A stretch of 60,212 nucleotides of DNA, filler included, from Pirum gemmata (taxonomy: Eukaryota), in the NCBI GenBank assembly GCA_002812295.1. It is 11 parts of 11 records of this genome, joined end to end, with 100 filler letters (N's around TTAATTAATTAA, not from the genome) between each part and the next. Parts side by side here need not be neighbours in the genome. Positions count along the whole stretch, not along the records: positions 1 to 5,405 come from PDIN01000557.1; positions 5,506 to 10,816 come from PDIN01000558.1; positions 10,917 to 16,264 come from PDIN01000559.1; 8 more parts are not named here. One strand, given 5' to 3'. Position 1 is the stretch's first letter, and each line of letters starts with the position of its first letter. Shown one piece after another: positions 1 through 11,700 of the stretch. Under the pieces are notes generated by a model. It was given only the letters and a program-made list of their open reading frames with translations, did not search any database and was not told where the DNA came from. Made by a program: the position numbers and the translations under genes.

Positions 1-195
1 ATAATAACAATAATAACAATAATAATAATAATAATAATAATAATAGTCTATTGATATTTTTATCTGCGTAAAACTGCATACATATATGGTAGACCCCACG
101 GGGTCTTACACCTAAGGTCTTACACTGGGGTCTGATATATCATAGACCCCGGTCTATTATTATCATACCGGTAGTCAGAGTATAGACCTATGTAA

Positions 196-374
196 GGGAG
201 CGTTCAAATACTACGTAGACTATTAAACGCCAATTTCCGGTCAAATACAGCTTCAAATACCCCTACCTACCTCCTACCAGTCTCCTACCCCTCCACGTTA
301 ATTTCCGGTCAAATACCACTTACCTACCTAGAGCTAGTCTACCCCTTGACGTGACGTATTATTTGAACGCTCCC
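196..374 (+). mobile_element. PIF/Harbinger-type MITE, family H1 (about 155-180 bp). Other copies at about 462-641 (assembly duplicate), 2479-2634, 3275-3421, 3516-3625, 4348-4486, 8308-8347, 8725-8838, 9995-10130, 10457-10652, 13886-14021
   Basis: TIR GGGAGCGTTCAAATA...TATTTGAACGCTCCC, non-coding, multi-copy in both orientations, often flanked by TAA/TTA. GGG-starting TIRs with 3-bp TWA targets are typical of Harbinger MITEs. Confidence 0.8.
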
Positions 375-715
375 TTTAGAGGATTGGGCTAGAGCCTAGA
401 TAGATTGGGTCTCTCTACTAGCTAGCTACTAGCTAGAGCTAGCTAGACCTTTCANAAGGTAAGGGAGTGTTCAAATACTACGTAGACTATTAAACGCCAA
501 TTTCCGGTCAAATACAGCTTCAAATACCCCTACCTACCTCCTACCAGTCTCCTACCCCTCCACGTTAATTTCCGGTCAAATACCACTTACCTACCTAGAG
601 CTAGTCTACCCCTTGACGTGACGTATTATTTGAACGCTCCCTTTAGAGGATTGGGCTAGAGCCTAGATAGATTGGGTCTCTCTACTAGCTAGCTACTAGC
701 TAGAGCTAGCTAGAC

Positions 716-893
716 CTTTCATTTATTTTTTCACACCGAATATTTATTTGGTTGGTTATAATATTTAAGTTGACTTTTTTAAAAGAATAAAAAGATAATA
801 AATTATACCAAATTAAATAAAATGGGTTTATATTGTATTATTTTGGTAGTTTTTATTACTCTATTTTTTTTTTTTTTACTGAAAAGCACGATA
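716..893 (+). mobile_element. TA-flanked MITE, family T1 (about 185 bp). Copies at about 1889-2075, 5261-5405, 8946-9133, 10191-10379, 14276-14441, 40495-40590, 40755-40916, 42227-42320, 53375-53583, 56576-56724
   Basis: Conserved core (TCACTCCGAATATTTATTTGG...ATACCAAATTAAATGAAATGG) with inverted ends TAT(C/T)GTGCTTTTCA...TGAAAAGCAC(G/A)ATA; TA ends suggest the Tc1/mariner group (inference). Confidence 0.75.
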
Positions 894-1266
894 TTGTGAC
901 GAAGTTGCTAGGACGAAGTTGGTAGTTAGTCTATTTGTATGACATCGTAAAAAAAAAAAAAAGTTTTACTCTCAAGCCGAGCCCGATCCCTTTTTCTAGT
1001 CCCATTAGACTACAGGTAGACTATTTTAAAGACCATTCTATCTTGTCAGTTACAAAACTGGCACAAATCAGTTTTTTTCGGGAAAAAAAAAGACTTGCTA
1101 CCAAAAAAAGAAATAGTTTGGTACCAAAATAAGAAGTATTTTGCCAAAAAAAACAATTGTTACCAAATTGTACCAAATATAAATAATTTTCTGCCAAAAA
1201 AGAGGTATTTTACCAAAAAAAGAAACAACTCATTGTACCAAAAAATGAATAATTTGTTCCCAAAAA

Positions 1267-1321
1267 ACCCTAACCCTAACCCTAACTCCACCCTAACCCT
1301 AACCCTAACCCTAACCCTAAC
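1267..1321 (-). repeat. Interstitial telomere-type (TTAGGG/CCCTAA)n tract. Others at about 8369-8485, 9316-9405, 11171-11206, 12012-12096, 14206-14256, 27171-27305, 34331-34430, 46551-46806, 49477-49514, 50184-50257, 50531-51081, 56739-56911
   Basis: Perfect and degenerate CCCTAA/TTAGGG arrays read directly. Confidence 0.9.
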
Positions 1322-2106
1322 TTTGTGGGAGAAAGAAAAATAGTTCCAAAGCAAGGTCAATCTTTAAATATATTATATTGTTGATTTGTTGTAAATAGTC
1401 ATCAAAATCCAAACCATAAACCAAAACCAAAACCTATTATTAGCTAACGTTAGCCAGCTGTTCGTTAGCCTTACAATTAAAAATACAGGCACCGAAACAT
1501 TAGTGGATGATTCAAACGAAGAAACTCCAGAATATGAAACTGTAGTCTGTAGAACAAACAACAAAGAAAAAAAGAAATATTGTTCTTCACCTAGTGTTCT
1601 TCACGTACTAGACTACTTAGTACTTACACCAACTCGTGGTTCTCTAGTCGTGGTTCTTGAGGCAAACCGGGCCCAGCCGCCCAAGTACCCAATAGACTAT
1701 AGTCATTTCCCCAACTTCAATAAAGAAGTTTGAACTTATTCCACTTGCAAGTTTCCCCTAGCAAGTTTCCCTACTGTTTCCCTGCCACACTCAGTGGCCA
1801 TACTAGTCTACTGTCTAACCAGGCATCCAGGTGATTCTGGTCCTCGACATCTGATATAAAATTGTGAACTAGTCTACAGTCTCTTCGGGTGCTTCCTTCA
1901 TTTATTTTGTCACTCCGAATATTTATTTGGTTGTTTATAATATTTAAATTGATACTTTTAAATAAATAAATATATAATAAAATATACCAAATTAAATGAA
2001 ATGGGTTTATATTGTATTAATTTGGTACTCTTTATTGTATATTTTATGATGACAAAACAACTGAAAAGCACGATAGATAGTAGTATGATATTATGATAAT
2101 TATGAT

Positions 2107-2235
2107 AGTTTCTATCATAGCTAGCTAGTAGAGCTATCATAGTATCGATAGTAGCTACTATGATATCATAGTCTAGCTAGACTACAAGCAGTACTACTAT
2201 GCATAGTAGCTAGCTACTAGCTAGATAAGTCAAAG
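2107..2235. repeat. TA-punctuated low-complexity tract (TAGCTA/TAGACTA/TATCATA/TATCGATA mosaic). Similar tracts at about 2360-2440, 7365-7565, 12350-12485, 33235-33630, 41250-41655
   Basis: Sequence parses almost entirely into TA-(1-6 nt)-TA units rather than a single repeated unit. Confidence 0.75.
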
Positions 2236-4625
2236 ATTTCTTGGTCTTTGTGCTATATACCACTGTATCACGTGATAGTAGTACTAGTTAGCTAGAGAGA
2301 TAATTTTAATTCTGTTTTCTCCAGCTGTTTTTTGTATGATAGGTTTTTACCCTGTTTTTACACCTAGCTAGCTAGCTATGATAGCTACTAGCTAGTAGCT
2401 AGCTAGTAGTAGTAGCTACCTAGCTACTAGCTAGAGTGTAGACAAGGTCTTTTTTACCAATACTATGACATATCTACAGGGAGCGTTCAAATACAACGTA
2501 ACGCCAATTTCCAGTCAAATACAGCTTCAAATACCCCTCCCGAGTCCCTACCTACCTACCCCTCGACGTTAATTTCCGGTTAAATACCACCTACCTACCT
2601 ACCCCTTGACGTGACGTATTATTTGAACTCTGCCATATGATACTGCTAGTCGAGCACTGCGTTTCCTAGCTAGCTACTAGCTACTAGCTAGCTAGGGTTT
2701 CCTGAACTGTTTCCTGAGCTGTTTCCTCGTTCCTGTGTAGTAACTGTATGATAGTTAGACGTCTACTGTTTCACTTGTTGGGGATACCACACAGTTCTGA
2801 ACTTCTGATCAAAGTCTCTAGCTAGCTAGTAGTTTTTTAAGAGTACTACTAGCTATCGATACTATCATAGCTAGAGAGAGCTAGCTATGACACATAGTAG
2901 TAAACTAAAAAATATTATTCTACCTTTATATTATATTATTATACCCACATTTCGAACTTATTAATTAATATATAGGCTCGAAAATTTCGATTTTTAAACA
3001 GAGCAGAATTGGGAGAAGCCTCTATCTACAGTAGCTAGCTAGTATAGTGTATACCATACCACTAACTAGACTAGCTAGCAGCTAGTTTGATAAAATTAAT
3101 TTTGATTACTATCGATCATAAAGATTCAAAATTAAAGAAGGTATTCGAAATGTACACATTACTCGTAGCGTAGCTGTATCAACTATTTTGCTTTACGATA
3201 TTTAGTAAAGATATCAATACAATTTTACAGTAATAATATATAGGTCTCATGAGTAATAAATATCAGATATTAAAGGGGGTGTTCAAATAATACGTCACGT
3301 CAAGGGGTAGGTAGTTAGGTGGTATTTGACCGGAAATTAACGTCAGGGGTAGGTAGGTAGGGATATTTGAAGCTGTATTTGACTGGAAATTGGCGTTACG
3401 TACTACGGGATTTGAGCGCTCTGTTGATGCACTGTTGATGCTAATTTTTTTGAATTTTTTTGCCATGCCACGTCATCATCTGTAATTATTGATATTATTA
3501 TAAACCTCTCTGTAAGAGAGCGTTCAAATAATACGTCACGTCAAGGGGTAGGTAGGTAGGTGGTATTTGACCGGAAATTAACGTCGACAGGTAGGTAGGT
3601 AGGGGTAGTTGAAGCTGTATTTGACAATCAATAATCCTAGATCAATAGTAATTTTTATGTTTTTTATCTTTATTATTTTATTAATTAATTTTGATTTTTT
3701 TGTTGTCGATCATAATAATAATTATATATGATATATCACTATTATCATAGTTATAAATTTACCTACAAGCTACTATCAATAGATGGCCTAGTTATCATAG
3801 TTCAAAGGAGGGTGTCGTAGTAGACTGTAGACTAGTTAGCTAGCTACTAGGGAGAACAAGGGAATAAATAACAAAGGATGCTCGTGGAGATTATATGTGG
3901 AATATATTTGCTCATGTACAGATAGTTTGCTCATGTGGGAGATAATATAAGAGGGCATAAATATGCATGCATAATAAATGCAGTGTTATCATTATTATAT
4001 AAGAGGACGTTAATAGACCTCTAGCTAAATAATAATAATAATAATAATAATAAATATTTAGTTGGAAAAAGGCAATAACATTCGATTACAAAGCAGGAAT
4101 ACATCAAGGCAACAACGGTATGATTTACAGAATACTCGTATTCCAATGTATATGTAAGTTTTTTTATTTTCTTAGAGAAACGGATGCACCAGAGATAAAT
4201 AAAGTAGCACGTGAATATTCATAATGATAGTATCCAATATGCTATATTTTATTATCGATTTATTCATTTAAAAATATCAATTTTTAAAGGTTATAACCTA
4301 CCAAACAAATATGCAGGGGTGACAAAATAAATGAAAAGCATAATAATAGGGATTGTTCAAATAATATGTCACGTCAAGGGGTAGGTAAGTAGGTGGTATT
4401 TGACCGGAAATTAACGTCGAGGGGTAGGTAGATACGGGTATTTGAACCTGTATTTGACCAGAAATTAGCGTTACGTAGTATTTGATATAGTCTAACCCCC
4501 CCCCCCCGAGAAAAACAGTATGATAGAAAAACGCCAAATAATACAAATTTCTGCTCTACTACATATAGTTCTACATATAGTACTACTATGGTTTAACTAT
4601 ATGGAGACTCTGAGACTCTATGGAG

Positions 4626-4794
4626 AGTAGGGGTGAGATATCTACTGGAATTTTTTTCGAACATATGCTTATCGAGCCAACCTTAGTTCCGTGTTTCTTA
4701 CTAATAATAGCAGTAATAGTAATAAAAACCATAAAATCGGAAAAGTTCCGGCAGCTGCTCGATAATAATAAAATGACGTCATCTCACCCCTACT
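4626..4794. mobile_element. Short non-autonomous DNA transposon with 8-bp TSD
   Basis: TIR AGTAGGGGTGAGAT / ATCTCACCCCTACT, flanked on both sides by CTATGGAG (4618-4625, 4795-4802); related ends at about 16180 and 56034/56533. Confidence 0.7.
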
Positions 4795-5405
4795 CTATGG
4801 AGCTACATTTAAAAATTTACGGTATGTAGGTCTAATATTATTATAATATACTAACTCAGCCACCCCAATGCAAAAAAGGTTATTTAGTTTACTATATATA
4901 AATACTATGATATATAAATTATCGATAAATTTTATTTATTTAATAATATATATTATTTTATGATAATTAATTAAATAATATAATATCGATATAGATTATA
5001 GACTCCCGTATACTGAGCCCCCGTAGTACGCCAGTAATACACATACAAATTTCATAATATTATGAGAACAGTATGAGAACCCCAAGGCTCACCAATCTTG
5101 GCTTATCAATCAAGCTAGTTAGCTTACTTCAAGCATGAGAACCAGCTGATGAGAACAGAGAGCTATGATAGTATCATAGCTGCTATCATAGTAGTGTACT
5201 AACTACTATGATATCAATAGTACTATGATAAGGTCTAGCTAGTTCTTATTTATAAATATATATTGTGCTTTTCATTTATTTTGTCAAAACGAATATTTAT
5301 TTGGTTGGTTATAATATTTAAATTGACATTTTTAAATGACTAAATAGATAATAAAATATACCAAATTAAATGAAATGGATCTATATTATCTTAATTTGGT
5401 ACTAT

Positions 5406-5505
5406 NNNNNNNNNNNNNNNNNNNNNNNNNNNNNNNNNNNNNNNNNNNNTTAATTAATTAANNNNNNNNNNNNNNNNNNNNNNNNNNNNNNNNNNNNNNN
5501 NNNNN
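5406..5505. other. Artificial contig-joining spacer (44 N + TTAATTAATTAA + 44 N). Identical spacers at 10817-10916, 16265-16364, 21785-21884, 27307-27406, 32768-32867, 38323-38422, 43827-43926, 49377-49476 and 54854-54953
   Basis: Same 100-nt all-frame-stop linker ten times at about 5.4 kb spacing; genes are cut off at these points. Confidence 0.98.
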
Positions 5506-5519
5506 TATTATTATTATTA

Positions 5520-6160
5520 TTATATTATTATTATGGTGTTTGTGGTGTGTCTGGTGTTCGTGGTGTTCGTGGTGTTCGTGATGTTCGTGATGTTCGTGGT
5601 GTTCGTGATGTTCGTGGTGTTCGTGGTGTTCGTGGTGTTCGTGGTGTTCGTGGTGTTTGACACTGTTTGTAGTGTTTGTGGTGTTTGTGGTTGATTGATA
5701 ATTCGCAAACTACGTCTCGGAGTATTGTTTTGTATTATGTTTGGAATATCACCAGTTAAACAAAAATTATGAAACATCTTTTGTAAAGTGACATGTTTAC
5801 TTTCATTATCATACTTGCTTCTTTTTCTACCTTTTTGCAACATTTACTGTTGAACTGAAAAAGAGCTACGCCTCCTCTTTTCACCCCCATGTATTTTATT
5901 GTGTAAAGTTTTTGGTTTTACGATATCCCACTCTTTAATTGGTATTGCTCTTGCTTCTTTGTTACCATCACCTGGAATATTAAACTGGCTTCGAATATCT
6001 GTACACACTTTGTAGTTCTCTGGGTCCTTACGCCATCTCCAATGATAATAAATTAACAATAACAAACCACCAACATGACTACACTTTCCATAATTATTTA
6101 CCCATTGCACAAGGACAATAAGCATATTCTATTTCAATATCTTAAGCTTTAGATCCATAA
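5520..6160 (-). pseudogene. SWIM zinc-finger ORF2 relic of an ISL2EU-type transposon (normally SWIM + YqaJ exonuclease)
   Basis: IEYAYCPCAMG /frameshift/ NYGKCSHVGGLLLLI gives a CxC...CxH SWIM motif, followed by CTDIRSQFNIP (CT..Q.W..P-like); in-frame TAA at 5844-5846; runs into a 9-bp TTN-coding repeat and the contig end. Confidence 0.6.
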
Positions 6161-6299
6161 TGTTCATCAATTAAAAATTCTTTATTTTAAAAGACAAACA
6201 TAACACCCATAAAATGCTGCTCTCATTGATCTTGGAATAATAAGTTTGTTGATTCATTTTTTGAACATCTTTCGTTATATTGAAAAAAAGTTCCATCGA

Positions 6300-6851
6300 T
6301 AAAAGTATAATAAAATGCTTTAAAGAAAAATATCCTACCATGGCCTTACTAATTGATGCTACTGAACTTTTCATAAACACACCATCTTCAAGAGAACTTC
6401 AGAGTGCTACCTGGTCTGAACCGAATATAAACATTATAATTCTTTGAAGGTTCTTGTTGGAATATCTTCTACTGGACATGTGACTTTTGTTTCAGAATGT
6501 CACCCTGGTGGTATAAGTGATAGAGACATAACTGTAAAATATCAAAAGGAGTTGTTTGGTAAATTATGGAAAAGTAGTTTAGTTATGGCTGACAAAGGGT
6601 TCGAAATTGCTGATTTAATGCCTGCTGATGTTGATTATAAGATGCCATCTATGCTTCAAAAAGGTGTTCAAATGAACGGTGAGAACCACAAACTAACAGT
6701 TAGAATAGCTTCTGCAAGAATACATGTTGAAAGAGTTATGAAATTTTCAATCATCGGTGGCGAAGTTGACATGAACATGATACCAATGATAAATGAAGTA
6801 ACAAAAGTTTGTTTCTTTTTGGTAAATTTTCAAAACAGATGTGTAAAATGA
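6300..6851 (+). pseudogene. Harbinger/ISL2EU-type DDE transposase (DDE_Tnp_4) relic, frameshifted and 5' deleted
   Basis: LIDATELFINTPSSRELQSATWSE /frameshift near 6421/ YKHYNSLKVLVGISSTG...GISD...ADKGF...IASARIHVER; catalytic D, D and E motifs present. Confidence 0.85.
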
Positions 6852-7017
6852 AGGACTAGCACCTATGGATGTACTACTTGAATAAATATGATTTTAACGT
6901 ATTGATTAATTAATTAACATATTATACCAGTTTAAAACATAGTGTTTTTAATAATAACACTGATAATACAAAAAAAAAAAAGAAAATTAGACTTTTTTTT
7001 TTTTTTTTTTTTTTTTT

Positions 7018-7051
<34 letters not shown>

Positions 7052-10000
7052 GTTTGGTCTATTCAACTTGTTGCGTTTCAACAGAATTTTCAGTTTTCGA
7101 ATATAAGTAGTGTAAATTGTAATATAGGTATTGAATAGGCTATTATTAAATAAGGTTTGAAATTTTGATACTTAATTATATAGCATGTATTGTTGGTGGT
7201 TTACTAAAGTTTTACTAATATCGAGTGTGTTGCTGATTAAAAGTACATTGGATTATGTTCTTTATTGTTGGTTGTTGTATTTTTTGTCGTTGTTTGTGAT
7301 ATATAAAAAAGTGGATCTTGAAAAGGTTATTAGAGTAAAAAAAGTATCGCATATATTAGTATACTAGCTAGCTAGACGGGGGTCTAGACTCTAGCTAGAG
7401 TCAACAGAACTACACAGAACTAAAAATTAGCTATCGATAGTAGTCTACTGTTTGTTATTTTATCCCTGGTCAAAGTAGCTCTAGCTAGCTAGCTACTAGC
7501 TAGTGGCCAAACTAACTAGACTACTAGAGACTACTAGCTAGTAGTAGGCTAGCTAGTAGTAGTAGGGCGTTTTATCGTTGTTTTATGAGTGTTTTATCTG
7601 TGACCAGCTGATGAAAACAGCAAGGACTTGCTCTTGATAACTGTACAGTATTCAGAGTATTTTGCTCATGTTTATTCATCATTGTCCAACATTTCCAACA
7701 ACAGCGACAATAACCACATAAAAATTACAATAACCACGTGTACATAAAAAACAACACCAACAATTTAATGTTAAACAACAACAACAACACAACCGTAAAA
7801 ACAGCGGTAACAACGGAAACATAGTCAGTACCATCAAACCATATTTTTTTCAACGACAGCACGTACTCTAATACCAACACTTACAACGCTAACATATTAT
7901 ATGTCATTATCATCATCATCAATGTCATTATCATCATCATCATATAGACCACTAATCTCTATCCGGTTAGTTCTAGACTACATTATCATTATCACATTAT
8001 CATTAATGTCATTATCATCATCATCGTTGTTATTGTCATCAATAACAACAACAGCATCATTAATAGAAACAACGTGGTCTTCATTAACATCTCCAATGAA
8101 CTTAGCTAATTATTATATATCAAGAGTTATATCAACAATATATCAACAGTATATCAACTTATCAACTCATCAAGAGGTTCTTGTTTATTATATGTATCAT
8201 CTGTATGCAATACTATGTATCATAATTATCAGATACGACATATTATATAAAAATTCATGGTGATTAGCTCTACTAGGTGATTGGCTCTAGCTAGGTGGTT
8301 ATAGGGAATACCTACCCCTTGACGTGACGTATTATTTGAACGCTCCCTAATAATATAAAAAAGAGGAGTAGGGTTAGGGTTAGGGTTAGGGTTAGGGTTA
8401 GGGTTAGGGTTAGGGTTAGGGTTAGGGTTAGGGTTAGGGTTAGGGTTAGGGTTAGGGTGAGGGTTAGGGTTAGGGTTAGGGTTAGAAGTAGGTTACAGGT
8501 TACAGACTATTGCCAGCTGACTCTACCTTGTAGTTACAGCTGGGTTAGAACTTATTAGAACTTAGCAGCTTACAGAGTCTAGCTAGCTAGTAGTCTATCC
8601 GATGGCTGCTCTGTCTAGATGACCTAGATTTCGGTTCGATTGGCTCATATATTAGAAATCAAAAAAATTCAAACATAGGAACCAATTAAAGCACTCTGGT
8701 AAATTTTCTTCTTTCTTCACTTTCTTCAAATAATACGTCACGCCAAAGGTAGGTAGGTGGTATTTGACCGGAAATTAACGTCGAGGGGTTGGTAGGTAGG
8801 GGGTATTTGAAGCTGTATTTGACCGGAAATTAGCTCCCTTTTCCCATCTTCTTTTCACTTCTTTTCACTTCTTTTCACTGGTTTTTTATATATCTCTAGC
8901 TATCTCTAGAGCTAGCTATTTATAAATTATAATAACGTCTCAGATCTTGCTTTTCAGTTATTTTGTCGTCATAAAATGTACAATAAAGAGTACCAAATTG
9001 ATACAATATAAATCCAATTCATTTAATTTGGTATATTTTAGTATATATATATATTTATTTAAAAGTATCAATTAAAATACTATAAACAACCAAATAAATA
9101 TTCGGAGTGACAAAATAAATGAAAAGCACAATAAATAAATAAGATTATCGAAAGGCACCTTACTTCCGGGCTAGCTAGCTACTGTAGTCTGTAGGATAGC
9201 TACTTGCTAGCTAGCCAGCCCCATCAGAGAAGTAGTTCGGCTACTCTAGGTCTAGTCCTCAAAGCCCATGTTATTAGATGGAGAGGTTCCTACTACTAAT
9301 TAGCGTTGTGGTGAGGGTTAGTGTTTAGGGTTTAGGGTTAAGGTTAGGTTAGGTTTATAAATTTAGGTTTAGGTTTAGGTTTGGGTTTAGGGTTAATATT
9401 AGGGTGAAGGATCTGTGAAGGTGAGAGGGTAGTGGTGTAGCTACTAGAGCAACTAGAGCAACTAGCTAGCTTGTAGACCAGTCAGTTTACGATACAAATC
9501 TGTTCACAATACAAAACTAGTTGTCCTCATCTTACTACCATTTATTCAAGACTATTTATTCTTCTTAGCTAGCAAGAACTTGATGTAATAATAATAATAA
9601 TCCTAACCCTAACCCTAATCCTAACCCTAACAAGACTATTTATTCTAGCTTTAATTAATGAGATAGTAGTTATTCTACTTAGCTAGCTATATTGGCTATA
9701 TCTACTTATCATATCAAGCTCTTGCTCTGCTCTACTAGCCTCTAGCTAGCTACTAGAGTAGAACCTAGCGGATACAAAAAGCTGGAAAATCTATTTATAA
9801 ATCTATTTATAGCAAATTATTGGGCGAAAATAACCCTTTTTGATTTATAAATAAATCTAAAGATCCGGAGAAGATCCGGATCATCCGGTCCACCACTTTT
9901 AAAAAATATTTTTTAATTATTTTTTTTTTTTAATTTTTTTTTTTAAAAAAAATTAAAAATAAAATAAAAAAAAAAAAACAGGTAGACAGCTCTAGGTAGC

Positions 10001-10943
10001 GTTCAAATAATACGTCACGTCAAGGGGTAGGTAGGTAGGTGGTATTTGACCGGAGATTAACGTCGAGGGGTAGGTAGGTAGGGGTATTTGAGGCTGTATT
10101 TGACCCGAAGTTGGCGTTACGTAGTATTTATTATAGCCTCTTTTCGAATCTTCTATCGATACTACGTATGATATTATGATATCATAATATTATTGTGCTT
10201 TTCAGTTATTTTGTCGTCATAAAATATACAATAAATAGTACCAAATTAATACAATATAAATCCATTTAATTTAATTTGGTATATTTTATTATATATTTAT
10301 TTACTTAAAAGTATCAATTTAAATATTATAAACAACCAAATAAATATTCGGAGTGACAAAATAAATGAAAAGTACAATATTAAATCAATACTTTAATACC
10401 ATGCATATGAGTTCAAACTTCAAAGACTCCATGAATTTCTTTTTCCTGGGGTCTAACAAATAATACGTAACGCCAACTTCCGGTCAAATACAGCTTCAAA
10501 TACCCTCTACCTACCTACCCCTCAGCGTTAGTTTCCGGTCAAATACAGCTTCAAATACCCTCTACCTACCTACCCCTCGGCGTTAGTTTCCGGTCAAATA
10601 CCACCTACCTACCTACACCTTGACGTGACGTATTAGACTATTTGAAAGCTCCATTATCTATTTTTACTGTAGACCCCCCCTAGCTACTAGCTAGTAGAGG
10701 GGATTAAAATAATTATCAGATAATTTATCAGATATTACACAGTTTTAAATTTACACTAGCTCTAGGTCTATTTATAAATAAAAGAAGAAAAAAAAAAACT
10801 AAAAAAAAAAAAAAAANNNNNNNNNNNNNNNNNNNNNNNNNNNNNNNNNNNNNNNNNNNNTTAATTAATTAANNNNNNNNNNNNNNNNNNNNNNNNNNNN
10901 NNNNNNNNNNNNNNNNTATATAATGAATATAATAATAATGAAT

Positions 10944-11000
<57 letters not shown>

Positions 11001-11250
11001 CCCTCTTTATATAATAAAAATACGGCATAGAATGTCATTTTAAAAATACAACGAATATTACCTCCTTGTAAGTATGAGGACAATACTTGATGTTTCTCAG
11101 TTTAATAAAAGCAAACTCACTAGTACTGCTTATACAATTCCATCCTTCAGTTGAAATTAGTTTTGTACCAGCTAACCCTAACCCTAACCCTAACCCTAAC
11201 CCTAACAAAGTTACCCTCAAATACAATACTATAATTTTTAATTATTAGTA

Positions 11251-11284
<34 letters not shown>

Positions 11285-11555
11285 TGCATATTATGATAAC
11301 GGTGATGGTTGTGTTTTTGTATTTTTAAATTATTTAAAGTTTACGTAAATATGTTTGGAGTAAGTGTTTTGAGAATTGTTATTATATATATAATTGTAAT
11401 GAGGCATTTATTATTATAATAATTATTTTACTATTATTTTTTATACATTTTATTATAAAAATAATATTATTAGAGCTATTATCGATATTATTAGACTATT
11501 ATTAGACCTAGCTAGCTAGCTAGATAGTCTACATAATTATCTGACATAATTATAT

Positions 11556-11700
11556 TATCGTCTATATCTTTAATTTGGTACTGTTTAAGTGTATAATTGA
11601 ACTTGTTTATAAAATCCAGCATTAAATATAAAATACCAAATTAATTAAAACATACCCGATAATAATAATTTGGTATATTATTGATTACTGAGATATTGAT
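11556..11700 (+). mobile_element. Dispersed repeat/MITE family T2. Copies at about 12208-12350, 12483-12642, 12930-13070, 47418-47560 (minus), 53125-53240
   Basis: Shared TATCGTCT..ATCTTTAATTTGGTACTGTTTAAGTGTATAATTGAAC...ACCAAATTAATTAAAACAT core; some copies end in ACACGATA. Confidence 0.6.

Noticed and set aside
192..720. Near-perfect tandem duplication of about 265 bp
   Set aside because: Copies meet at a single N (455), typical of an unmerged scaffold overlap
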